A stretch of 64,000 nucleotides of DNA from Akkermansia muciniphila (GCA_945861575.1 CAMAVD010000003.1:3036-67035), one strand, 5' to 3'. Shown: positions 17,902-26,412, counted from the stretch's first letter. A program made the numbers and translations. The notes: generated by a model not told the origin, from the letters alone.

Positions 17902-18822
17902 TTACTTCTTCGGGAGCGGGACGTAGCCGGTTTGCTCGACGATATGCTGCCCGGCTTCGGACATCGTCCAATCGATATACTTCTTCACGTGCTCCGGTGG
18001 CTCACCCGCGGTGTAGAGGAACATCGGGCGGGCAATAGGATAGGTCTTGTCCAGGGTAGTTGCGACGGTGGCGGCGACGCTTGGCTGACCCTTCTTCTTT
18101 GAAACCTTCAACTGCTTCACATCCGGCGTGGCGTAGCCCATCCCCGAGTAGCCGAGGGCGTTCGGTGTCTTGGAGATCAAATCCACGACGTCCTTGGATC
18201 CGTTCATATCGAGGGAGCCGAGCTTGAACTCGTTTTTCTTACCCACGATGGCCTCCTTGAAGTAGTGATAGGTGCCCGAGTTGTTCTGGCGGCTGACACG
18301 GATGATTTCGTCACCCTTGGCTCCAGGAACGGTTACTCCCAATTCGGACCATTTAGTGATGGTGGCGCCCTCCTTGTAGATCTCGGTCAGCTGCTCCATG
18401 GAGATTTCGGTCATGGGATTGTCCTTATGGACAAAGATGGACAGCGCGTCGTAGCCGACCATGTACTCTTTGGCCTCTTTGTTATGCTTGGTCTTGAGCT
18501 CCGTGACCTCCTTCTCCTCGATGTGACGGCTGCTATTCGCCACGTCGCAGGTGCCGTTGATCAAGGCGGCCATGCCTTGTCCTGACCCGCCGCCATTTAC
18601 TTCGACGGAGACCGTCTTATCGATGGCGCCGTAGGCCTCTGCCCAGGCGGCAGCCAAATTCACCATGGTGTCGGACCCAATGTTGGCAATGGTCTTTTTC
18701 TTGGCGGGAGCTTCGGTGGTGGTGGAGCTTCCGCCGCAGCCGGTTGTGACGAGGGCTGCGACCAAGCCGCATGCTGCGGAGTGGGCCAGTGCTTGAAATC
18801 GAGGGTGGATGAGGGCGTTCAT
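17902..18822 (-). CDS. pstS: phosphate-binding lipoprotein PstS
   Basis: Start taken at MNALIHPRF... with the lipobox-like LVTTGC. PstS-family motifs are present: GSDTMVNLA and GGGSGQGMAAL...DVANSSR. Confidence 0.85.
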   Translation of the reverse strand: MNALIHPRFQALAHSAACGLVAALVTTGCGGSSTTTEAPAKKKTIANIGSDTMVNLAAAWAEAYGAIDKTVSVEVNGGGSGQGMAALINGTCDVANSSRHIEEKEVTELKTKHNKEAKEYMVGYDALSIFVHKDNPMTEISMEQLTEIYKEGATITKWSELGVTVPGAKGDEIIRVSRQNNSGTYHYFKEAIVGKKNEFKLGSLDMNGSKDVVDLISKTPNALGYSGMGYATPDVKQLKVSKKKGQPSVAATVATTLDKTYPIARPMFLYTAGEPPEHVKKYIDWTMSEAGQHIVEQTGYVPLPKK

Positions 18823-18847
18823 AATCGTTCGGTCTCTGTTCGTTGAG

Positions 18848-19945
18848 TTAATCGATCTTGTCACTGAGTACGGCTTCTAGAATCTCTTCAATATGCGAAT
18901 GCAGCGTCGTGAAGGCGGCTTCGTAAGCGGCTGCTTTCTGTTCGGCTGAACCGGTGGTCTGGGAGGGATCTGGCAACGTCCAGTCTAGGCAGACTGCCTT
19001 GGTTCCTGCGGGGAAGGCCTTGCGTGCAACGGGGTCGAGCGCGACCAGGATCTGGGAAAACTCGAGGTTCGGGATTTGGTCGATCGACTTAGGAGTCGCC
19101 TTGGAGATGTCGATTCCCTTGCTGGCCAGGAATTCGATGGCTCCGGGGGCGATGGGCTTGGGATCCAGACCTGCACTCGAGAAGATGAACTTGGGCTGGT
19201 TGAGCGATTGAGCGATGCCCTCTGCCAGTTGGCTGTTGCACGCGTTGTGGTCATCGATGAAGATCATCCTCCACACCTCGCCGCCCATATGTTTCTGGTA
19301 ATCTCCCGTCACCAGATAGAGGGTCTCCTCGCAGATATTCTTGGCCTGATCCGATACGCGCTCGAAACGTCGTGCGATGGTCATCAGAGGCGTGAGTGCG
19401 CTGAGTGGGATTTTGTCTTCCTGTCGAAGTTGCACCAACTCCGCATTGATCTGGCTTTTTAGCCCATCCACTTCCTCTTCGATCACCATGGTGGTGCGCG
19501 CCAATGCCGCGTCCCCGGTCAGATAGGCCTTCACCGCATTCCGGAGCATGGGAATGGAAAGGGCTGCGATCTCGCGATAGCGATGGAGCGGGATGGGGAC
19601 GGGTAAGTTGGAGACCTTTAAGATCTGGCGGGCAATGCTCTCAGCATAGTCTCCGATGCGCTCGATCTCTTGGTTGATCTTGATCGTGACATAGGCAAAG
19701 CGGAGGTGGCGTGCCACCGGTTGCTGCCGGACAATGAATTCCAGGCAAAGACGGTCGATCTCTTTCTCCAACTCGTCGATTCGCCGGTCCCGCAGGATCA
19801 CCGAGTAGGCGAGTTGGCGGTTTCGCTCCAACAAACCTCTCAGGCAACCATCCAGAGCCCCTTCCGCCAACTGGGCCATCTCTGAGACCTTGGCTTGGAT
19901 GCGATCGATGTCGCGCTGCATCGACTGTTCGTAGTGAGTGCCCAT
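18848..19945 (-). CDS. phoU: PhoU (two PhoU repeats) fused to a C-terminal degenerate LMW-PTP/ArsC-like domain
   Basis: Start at MGTHYEQSMQRDIDRI (ATG at 19945). PhoU repeat motifs are DYAESIARQ and RVSDQAKNICEE. The C-terminal roughly 135 aa align with ArsC/LMW-PTP: IFIDDHNACNSQLAEG against FICTGNSCRSQMAEG, plus ...SAGL... and ...LPDPS. Confidence 0.85.
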   Translation of the reverse strand: MGTHYEQSMQRDIDRIQAKVSEMAQLAEGALDGCLRGLLERNRQLAYSVILRDRRIDELEKEIDRLCLEFIVRQQPVARHLRFAYVTIKINQEIERIGDYAESIARQILKVSNLPVPIPLHRYREIAALSIPMLRNAVKAYLTGDAALARTTMVIEEEVDGLKSQINAELVQLRQEDKIPLSALTPLMTIARRFERVSDQAKNICEETLYLVTGDYQKHMGGEVWRMIFIDDHNACNSQLAEGIAQSLNQPKFIFSSAGLDPKPIAPGAIEFLASKGIDISKATPKSIDQIPNLEFSQILVALDPVARKAFPAGTKAVCLDWTLPDPSQTTGSAEQKAAAYEAAFTTLHSHIEEILEAVLSDKID

Positions 19946-20000
19946 ATCGTTAGCTAATTTCTTACGTTGAGAGGCCACTGTTACGCATGCGTGGCCCAAA

Positions 20001-20018
20001 TGTTACATTCGTGTGACA
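20001..20018 (-). promoter_or_regulatory. candidate Pho box (two 7-nt direct repeats with a 4-nt spacer)
   Basis: The minus strand reads TGTCACA cgaa TGTAACA, 56-73 nt upstream of the phoU ATG. A third TGTTAC lies 22 nt away at 19979-19984. It resembles the E. coli consensus CTGTCAT-N4-CTGTCAY. Confidence 0.35.
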
Positions 20019-20231
20019 AAACTCTCGCGGTTTCTGCTGGAATCCCTTGGTACCAGTTTCAGACCTCCTGACCTCGTGCGGGGAGCACGTAGGCAGGAGT
20101 GGAACGAAAGTGAGCTGAAGCGGAACAGTTTTCTGGCTTTCCCGGACCCCGGCGGGAGGGATCTCAAACGGAACGCTGAGCCTGGCGGTGAAATTCCTTG
20201 GTGTCGGCTTGCCGCCTTCTATACTCCCCGC

Positions 20232-20723
20232 ATGCAATTCGTGGGAATTGGGTATGATATCCATCCGTTGGTTGAAGGCCGCCGCCTGATATTGGGGGGG
20301 GTGGACATCCCACATAGCAAGGGTCTTGAGGGGCATTCGGATGCGGATGCCTTGTTGCATGCCATCACCGACGCTGTGCTGGGTGCGATCGGGGAGTCGG
20401 ATATCGGCCATTTTTTTCCCAACACAGACTTGCGATGGAAGGGAGCGCCCAGCCATATATTTCTTAAGGAGGCTGCGCGACAGGTAGGGCTTCGGAAGGG
20501 GCGTATCGTCAACATTGATGCCACGCTTCTGGCTCAGGAACCCAAAATTTCTCCTCATATTGCAAAAATGAAGCAGCATATTGCAGACGCCGCCGGGATA
20601 TCGCCGAACAGAGTGGGGGTGAAGGCCACCACCAATGAAGGGCTGGGATTCATCGGCCGCGAAGAGGGTATCGCTGCCATGGCGGTGGTGAGCGTGGATC
20701 TGCCTGAATCGGCCATCGGATAA
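20232..20723 (+). CDS. ispF: 2-C-methyl-D-erythritol 2,4-cyclodiphosphate synthase
   Basis: Start at MQFVGIGYDIHPL. Motifs GHSDADALLHAITDA and a length of 163 aa fit the family. Confidence 0.95.
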   Translation: MQFVGIGYDIHPLVEGRRLILGGVDIPHSKGLEGHSDADALLHAITDAVLGAIGESDIGHFFPNTDLRWKGAPSHIFLKEAARQVGLRKGRIVNIDATLLAQEPKISPHIAKMKQHIADAAGISPNRVGVKATTNEGLGFIGREEGIAAMAVVSVDLPESAIG

Positions 20724-20729
20724 GAAATC

Positions 20730-21005
20730 ATGGGAGCACGTGCGGAAATTAGTTGGAACCGGTTGAATGATGTGGGCGCTAAGGTTCAGGTTTATGCCCA
20801 TCGCACCGGAGATAAGTGGGATTTTTTCATTCGCCACAGGCGTTTCGACAACTGGGTGCCCCATGTCGAACCCACCCTGGAGGATTGGATGGAGTTGCTG
20901 GACGGTGTGACGCGCCGCGCGCAGCGCCGTTTGCAGAAGCCCCAGGAAATTGAACGTATCAAGAAGCTGATTCGTGAAAAATTCCCGGCCGCGTCCATCG
21001 ATTAG
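20730..21005 (+). CDS. hypothetical 91-aa protein
   Basis: ATG lies 6 nt after the ispF stop. The sequence looks like a charged globular protein. I recognise no family. Confidence 0.45.
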   Translation: MGARAEISWNRLNDVGAKVQVYAHRTGDKWDFFIRHRRFDNWVPHVEPTLEDWMELLDGVTRRAQRRLQKPQEIERIKKLIREKFPAASID

Positions 21006-21792
21006 GTCCCGGAGGGCGGCTCCGCCCGATTGGGTCGGCCGACCGCGGATCCTCATCGCGCCGCAGACGGTCAAAGACCCGCGCCCTGGCGGCGTTCTGA
21101 GCAGTTCTCTTGCGGATACCTACGCTTCGGCCATTCGTGCTGCGGGCGGCATTCCTCTGATCGCCTGCTGCCTTCCAGAATCCGATTACGTTGCTGCCGC
21201 CGTAGAGGCTGTGGACGGCGTCTTGATGACGGGTGGCGACGATGTCGACCCCAGGCTTTACTGCCGGAAGCTGCCCGCGGCTCTCAGAGCCACCGTTCAA
21301 ATGGATGGGCCTGAGCGTGATGCGTTTGAGTGTTTGTTGGTCGGTGAAGTTTTTCGTCAAAAAAAGCCCCTGCTCGCAATCTGCCGGGGTATGCAGTTGG
21401 TAAATGTGGCTCTAGGAGGTTCGTTGATTGTCGATATACCCCAACAGGTGCCTAAGGCTATTGATCATCGACGGTCGGACTTGAAGGATCGTAAAGTCCA
21501 TGACGCTCAGTTGTTTCCAGACTCTATGATGGCCGCCATTTGCGCTACCGAGCGCCTGGGGGTCAATAGCACCCATCACCAGGCAGTGGGGCGGGTCGCT
21601 AAAGTTTTGCGCCCAGTTGCCGTTAGTAGAGATGGTATTGTTGAGGGATTGGAACTGGGACATGAGCATTCGGACGTGCTCCCTTACTTCCTGGCGGTCC
21701 AATTTCACCCGGAACGACTCTGGCAGCAATACCCGGAGCATCTGGCTTTATTCCAGAGCTTCACCACGGCGTGCCGAAGGAATCGGCATTAG
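20974..21792 (+). CDS. gamma-glutamyl-GABA hydrolase-like peptidase C26 / class I amidotransferase family
   Basis: Motifs LLAICRGMQLVNVALGGSL, ...NSTHHQAV... and LAVQFHPE. The only in-frame start is GTG at 20974, so the start is uncertain. Confidence 0.8.
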   Translation: MKNSRPRPSIRSRRAAPPDWVGRPRILIAPQTVKDPRPGGVLSSSLADTYASAIRAAGGIPLIACCLPESDYVAAAVEAVDGVLMTGGDDVDPRLYCRKLPAALRATVQMDGPERDAFECLLVGEVFRQKKPLLAICRGMQLVNVALGGSLIVDIPQQVPKAIDHRRSDLKDRKVHDAQLFPDSMMAAICATERLGVNSTHHQAVGRVAKVLRPVAVSRDGIVEGLELGHEHSDVLPYFLAVQFHPERLWQQYPEHLALFQSFTTACRRNRH

Positions 21793-21796
21793 AAGT

Positions 21797-23137
21797 ATGA
21801 AGTATCGCGTTTTGGTAGTGGACGACCAGGAACCGCTCCGGGATGTCATCAGGATGATGCTCGAATCCGGAGGGTACGAAACCAGCGAAGTGGCCGATTC
21901 AGCCGCCCTGCAGGCCGCCTTCGCAGGCCCGCCGCCGGACGCCGTGCTCTTGGATCTCAAGTTGCCGGATGCCGACGGCTTGGATCTTCTCCCGCAGATC
22001 AAACGTCAGTGGCCCAGCGCCGAGGTCATTGTGCTGACCGGCCATGCCTCGTTCGAGATCGCTGTTGAGGCCATCAAGCGGGGTGCCTTCCACTTTCAGC
22101 AGAAACCCATCGATCCCAAGGGTCTGCTTAACCTTCTCTCGAAGGCTCTCGAGCGTAAGAGCATGAAGGAGGAAACTCACGCCCTCCGAGCGACGGTAAC
22201 CGCTCTCAGCGCCGGTGCGGTTCCGGTCTTCAACTCGCCTTCGATGAAAAAGGTGTTGTCTCTGCTTGAGCGCGTGGCTCCGAGCGATGCTGCGATTCTG
22301 GTGACCGGCGAAAGCGGCTCAGGCAAGGAAGTCATCGCCGATTTGATCCACGCACTGAGCGGTCGTAAGGGCCAATGTGTGAAGATTAACTGCGCTGCCC
22401 TCCCGGCATCCCTGATCGAGAGCGAGCTCTTCGGACACAAGAAGGGGTCCTTCACGGATGCCAAGACGGACAAGGCCGGACTCTTCCGTGAAGCCAATGG
22501 CGGGACGCTCTTGCTGGATGAGTTGGCCGAGATGCCGATCGAGACGCAGAGCAAGCTTCTTAGGGTGCTTCAGGACAAGAAGGTCCGGCCGGTGGGTGAC
22601 TCAGTGGATTTTCCAGTGAACTGCCGGATCGTGGCATCGACCAATCGTAAAATCGAAGAGGCCATCCGCGAAGGCAAGCTTCGCGAGGATCTCTACTACC
22701 GGATCGGCGTCGTTTCGGTCGCTCTTCCACCCTTGCGTGAACGTCGGGAGGACATTCTTCCTCTGGCGAACTCCTTCCTTCATCGCTTTGCCCAGCAGGA
22801 AAACCGCCCGGCGCGCAGTTTCTCCCTGGCTGCTCAGGAACGGCTCGAGCGCTTCGAGTGGCCTGGAAACATTCGGCAACTCGTCAATGAGATCTACCGC
22901 GCGGTGCTGATCGCAGACGGATCCATGGTAGACGTTGAGCATCTGAATCTTCCCCAGTTCAGCCAGTCGGGTGAGCCGGAGGTTGCGGGGCTCACGCTGA
23001 TGGAAAGGACCGAGAGGGCCAAGATCATCGAAGTGCTGGAGCAGACCGGTGGAAATAAGTTCAAGACGGCCAAGCTACTTGGGATTGGTCGACAGACCCT
23101 CTACAACAAGCTCAAGTCCTTCCAGATCGCGGCCTGA
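21797..23137 (+). CDS. sigma-54-dependent response regulator (NtrC family)
   Basis: Start at MKYRVLVVDDQ. It has a receiver domain, an AAA+ domain (GESGSGKE, GSFTDA, ...ELFGH) and a C-terminal Fis-type HTH. Confidence 0.9.
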   Translation: MKYRVLVVDDQEPLRDVIRMMLESGGYETSEVADSAALQAAFAGPPPDAVLLDLKLPDADGLDLLPQIKRQWPSAEVIVLTGHASFEIAVEAIKRGAFHFQQKPIDPKGLLNLLSKALERKSMKEETHALRATVTALSAGAVPVFNSPSMKKVLSLLERVAPSDAAILVTGESGSGKEVIADLIHALSGRKGQCVKINCAALPASLIESELFGHKKGSFTDAKTDKAGLFREANGGTLLLDELAEMPIETQSKLLRVLQDKKVRPVGDSVDFPVNCRIVASTNRKIEEAIREGKLREDLYYRIGVVSVALPPLRERREDILPLANSFLHRFAQQENRPARSFSLAAQERLERFEWPGNIRQLVNEIYRAVLIADGSMVDVEHLNLPQFSQSGEPEVAGLTLMERTERAKIIEVLEQTGGNKFKTAKLLGIGRQTLYNKLKSFQIAA

Positions 23138-23160
23138 GCCGCGCCCAGCGAGACTTTTCA

Positions 23161-23200
23161 ACGTGGCAAGGCCCTCTTGGCCTTGCCACGTTTTTTCTTT
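23161..23200 (+). terminator. rho-independent terminator after the NtrC-family gene
   Basis: A perfect 13-bp stem (acgtggcaaggcc / ggccttgccacgt) with loop ctctt, followed by tttttcttt. Confidence 0.75.
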
Positions 23201-23239
23201 GCCGTTCTCAAACGGCCCTCCCTGTGTTTGTCTGTCCGG

Positions 23240-23551
23240 GTGAACGACGAAACCGTCTCCCGTTTTCAGCGGATGATCGACCAGAATCCGGCCAATGGCT
23301 TGGCCAGATTCAGCCTGGCCAAGGCTCTCTATGACCTGGAGCGCTTTCGCGAGGCGGCGGACCACTTTCGTGTGGCAGTAGAGGTGAAGCCCGAATTCAT
23401 GCTGGGACATATCTTGCTTGGGAAATGCGCGCTGGCGCTCGGGGATATCCCTGCTGCGAAGGTTGCGCTTGAGCGCGGTTTGTCCCTGGCGATATCCCAG
23501 CACCACGACGGGCCGCAGGCGGAGTTGGAAAACCTCCTCGCCGATTTGTAG
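23240..23551 (+). CDS. small TPR-like repeat protein
   Basis: A GTG start is chosen downstream of the terminator. TPR-like helices are visible (ARFSLAKALYDLERFREAADHFRVAVEVKPEF...LGKCALALGD). Confidence 0.5.
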   Translation: MNDETVSRFQRMIDQNPANGLARFSLAKALYDLERFREAADHFRVAVEVKPEFMLGHILLGKCALALGDIPAAKVALERGLSLAISQHHDGPQAELENLLADL

Positions 23552-23602
23552 GCGTTTGCTTCAATTCTTGCGGGAGCCGTCGATATCTCCCTCAAGAATG
23601 TT

Positions 23603-25018
23603 ATGCATGCGCTGAGTTGTTTCGTGGCGGGTCGTCGGATCGAGTCGACCCAGCTGATCAAAATTCACAATCCTTTCGATGGAACCCTGGCCGGCACGGT
23701 TGGGATGGTGTCGCGCACCGACACCGAGGCGGCGATCGCGGCCGCCCGCGGCTTCAAATCAACCCCCACACGTCACGAGCGCAGCTGTATCCTTGAGTCC
23801 GCCCGATTGGCCTTGGATGCTCGTGCTGAGGAGTTCGCTCGACTGATCACCAGTGAGTCCGGTCTGTGCCTGCATGACTCCCGTCACGAGGTGGCGCGAG
23901 CCCTTGACGTGCTTCGCTTCTCGGCCATGGAAGCTTTGCGCGACGATGGACAAATCTTCGCCTGCGATGTGTCGCCCCACGGGACCTCGCGTAAGATATT
24001 CACCACGCGGGAGCCTTTGTCCTGCGCTGTCTGTATAACGCCGTTCAATCATCCCCTCAGTCAGGTGACCCACAAGCTGGCCCCAGCGATCGCTGTCGGA
24101 ACCCCTGTCATCCTAAAACCCTGCGAGAAAACGCCGTTGAGCGCGCTGCGCTTTGCCGAGCTGCTTTATGGGGCGGGCCTGCCTGGGCCCATGCTCAGCG
24201 TCATTTTGGGCAGCCGTTCCGATGTCACGGAGGCTCTGGTGGTGGACCCCCAGGTCGAGCTGGTATCCTTTGCCGGCAGTGTTGAAGTGGGCAAGCGCAT
24301 TGCATCCAATGCCGGCTACAAGAGGCTCGTGCTTGAATTGGGCGGCAATGATCCCCTGATTGTGCTGGAGGATGCGGACATGGACCTTGCGGTCCACCTG
24401 GCGGCGGAGGGGTGTTATCGGAATTCCGGCCAGCGCTCCACGGCAGTGAAGCGGCTCCTGGTTCACGAGCGCGTTCTTGAGGAGTTTACCCGGCGGTTGG
24501 TCGCACGGACACGCGATTATGTCTGCGGCGATCCGTTTGATGAGAAGACCCGGGTCGGTACGGTGATCGATGAGGATGCCGCGCTTTATCTGGATACGGT
24601 TCTGAAGGAGGCTCTGGCTGCGGGCGCACGCGTGCTGATTGGCGGGGAGCGGCGGGGCGCGCTTTTCTCGCCCACCGTCATCGGAGATGTGCCCCAGTTT
24701 TGCCGACTGGTGGACTGTGAGAGCTTTGGCCCGCTGGCTCCGATTGTTAAAATTGGCAGTCTGGAAGAGGCGATCGAAGTGGCCAATGGAACGACCTTTG
24801 GGCTCAGTGCCGGCGTGGTCACACGCTCTCTGGAGGTGGCCATGCGCGTGATTCGTTCGTTGAACTGTGGCACTGTGAACATCAACGAAGTCCCTGGTTT
24901 TCGAGTCGAGAGCAGTCCCTTCGGTGGTATTAAGGACAGCGGCTTGGGAATCAAGGAGGGAGTGGCGGAAGCGGTGAAGTCATTCAGCCAAGTGAAAACC
25001 TTCAGCCTCCCCTGGTAA
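23603..25018 (+). CDS. aldehyde dehydrogenase family protein (catalytic Cys position reads Ser)
   Basis: 471 aa. Has ELGGNDP (general base Glu) and EEPFGP-like ESFGPLAP. The motif NSGQRSTAVKR occupies the place of NxGQxCxAxxR. Confidence 0.9.
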   Translation: MHALSCFVAGRRIESTQLIKIHNPFDGTLAGTVGMVSRTDTEAAIAAARGFKSTPTRHERSCILESARLALDARAEEFARLITSESGLCLHDSRHEVARALDVLRFSAMEALRDDGQIFACDVSPHGTSRKIFTTREPLSCAVCITPFNHPLSQVTHKLAPAIAVGTPVILKPCEKTPLSALRFAELLYGAGLPGPMLSVILGSRSDVTEALVVDPQVELVSFAGSVEVGKRIASNAGYKRLVLELGGNDPLIVLEDADMDLAVHLAAEGCYRNSGQRSTAVKRLLVHERVLEEFTRRLVARTRDYVCGDPFDEKTRVGTVIDEDAALYLDTVLKEALAAGARVLIGGERRGALFSPTVIGDVPQFCRLVDCESFGPLAPIVKIGSLEEAIEVANGTTFGLSAGVVTRSLEVAMRVIRSLNCGTVNINEVPGFRVESSPFGGIKDSGLGIKEGVAEAVKSFSQVKTFSLPW

Positions 25019-25050
25019 GCAGGCGGACACCCTTCTGCCACCTGTTTTAG

Positions 25051-25083
25051 TGGAAGGATCCTGGAAGGATCCTGGAGGGATCC
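25051..25083. repeat. 3 x 11-bp tandem repeat tggaRggatcc
   Basis: tggaaggatcc tggaaggatcc tggagggatcc. Each unit contains the palindrome GGATCC. It lies between convergent gene ends. Confidence 0.85.
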
Positions 25084-25217
25084 CAGGCCTCGGCAAGCGA
25101 TGAGCCGTATGGGGGACAGGAGTTCCCTGCCACAATGAAAACGGCTGGCTTGTCCCTGTGTCAGGTTGAATCGTGGCAATTGCTTTCAGTCTACAAGGGC
25201 CCTGGTTCACCCCTAGG

Positions 25218-25418
25218 CTAGTGGACTCGCAGTTGCGCCGGTTCGCCTTTGCGACCGGCGACCGTGATGGCTGTCTTCGGCCCCCCGCTGACAGCACAAC
25301 CGCAGCCTCCCGCACAGTGGCCCAGGCTTTGTTTCCGGCGGCGACGTACGGCCGACAGCAGGAAGATCCCTGCTGTGGCTGCAACAATCGACAACGCTAG
25401 AAATTCCTGACTAGACAC
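25218..25418 (-). CDS. small Cys-rich membrane protein resembling FeoB-associated Cys-rich membrane proteins
   Basis: 66 aa: one TM helix (FLALSIVAATAGIFLLSAV), then a basic stretch RRRRK, then HCAGGCGC. Confidence 0.45.
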   Translation of the reverse strand: MSSQEFLALSIVAATAGIFLLSAVRRRRKQSLGHCAGGCGCAVSGGPKTAITVAGRKGEPAQLRVH

Positions 25419-25459
25419 GGAGCGAACCTACCGCCTATCAGCCCATCGAGCAAGTGGTC

Positions 25460-25501
25460 AACGTTGAACGTTGAACGTTGAACGTTGAACGTTGAACGTT
25501 G
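25460..25501. repeat. perfect heptanucleotide tandem repeat (AACGTTG)x6
   Basis: Read directly: six uninterrupted units. The array is intergenic, lying upstream of the small minus-strand gene and downstream of the DUF1080 gene. Confidence 0.95.
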
Positions 25502-25619
25502 AGGCTCAGGGGTTTGGTGCCACTTTGCGGATGATCTTCAGGGAGGCGAGATTGAAGAGCCCCCCTCCGCCTCGTTTGAGGGGAGAGGGGTTGAGAAAGC
25601 GGAAGGTTACACGGTTACA

Positions 25620-26348
25620 TCAATGGGCGGCGATCGGGCGGATCTTGATGTTTCGGAATGCCACCTGGCCGTGGTCACCCTGGAGCGCGATTCGGCCGGT
25701 GCTCGACTTGGCGAAGAGGGGCATTTTGCCGAACTTGCTCTTGGCGACGCGGGTGTTGAAGTCGTCGCTGCCGATGACGTAGTCGAAGTACTTCACGCCA
25801 TTGATCACGTGCTCGCTCTTTTTGGGAGAGATGAGCAGGGTGATTTTGTTCCACTGCCCAGGCGGCTTGGTGGCGTCGATGGGCTTGCCGGTCTTCGGGT
25901 CGGTTGGCGGCTGATACAGCTGGTAGAGCCAGCCGCAGAGCTGAGCGTCCTTGCCACCGACATTGTCCTGCAATTGGAACTCAGGACCGCTGGCCCAGAC
26001 CGCGCCGCCTTCGTCACTGACGTGGTAGATAATGCCGCTATTCCCGCCCACCGAGATATTGAATTCCAGGGAGAGCTCAAAGGCATCGTACTTCTCCGCG
26101 GTGACAATGTCGCCCGCGTTATGGGGGTCGACACAGGCCAGGGTGCCGTCCTTGATCTGCCAGCCCGGTTTGACGCCTGTGGTCTTGAAATTACTCCAGC
26201 CATCGAGACTCTTGCCGTCGAAGAGAAGCTTCCATCCGGCGGCCTTTTCCTTCTTCGTCAGCGTGTTGAGTTTAGCCTCCGCCGCTTCGGAGAGCGGGGT
26301 CCAGGCGACGAGAGAGAGGGCCAAGGCAGTAAATAATGTGAGTTTCAT
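25620..26348 (-). CDS. secreted DUF1080 (3-keto-disaccharide hydrolase-like) domain protein
   Basis: Start at MKLTLFTALALSLVAW (signal peptide). Motifs GWKLLFDGKSLDGW, GNSGI, EFQL.DN and the ending GRIALQGDHGQVAFRNIKI are typical of the family. Confidence 0.9.
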   Translation of the reverse strand: MKLTLFTALALSLVAWTPLSEAAEAKLNTLTKKEKAAGWKLLFDGKSLDGWSNFKTTGVKPGWQIKDGTLACVDPHNAGDIVTAEKYDAFELSLEFNISVGGNSGIIYHVSDEGGAVWASGPEFQLQDNVGGKDAQLCGWLYQLYQPPTDPKTGKPIDATKPPGQWNKITLLISPKKSEHVINGVKYFDYVIGSDDFNTRVAKSKFGKMPLFAKSSTGRIALQGDHGQVAFRNIKIRPIAAH

Positions 26349-26412
26349 GAGCGAGGTTTGTAGGGGATTTCGTGGGCGAGAACAACCAGAATACAGAGCC
26401 GGGCAGTTCCCC

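Noticed and set aside
16927-18102. 391-aa plus-strand ORF
   Set aside because: It lies antisense to pstC and pstS, is rich in His/Gly/Arg/Asp low-complexity sequence, and is a typical GC-rich shadow ORF.
19962-21074. 370-aa minus-strand ORF
   Set aside because: It lies antisense to ispF and the 91-aa ORF. The composition is Arg/Pro/Gly-rich shadow-frame, with no recognisable motifs, whereas ispF on the plus strand is unambiguous.
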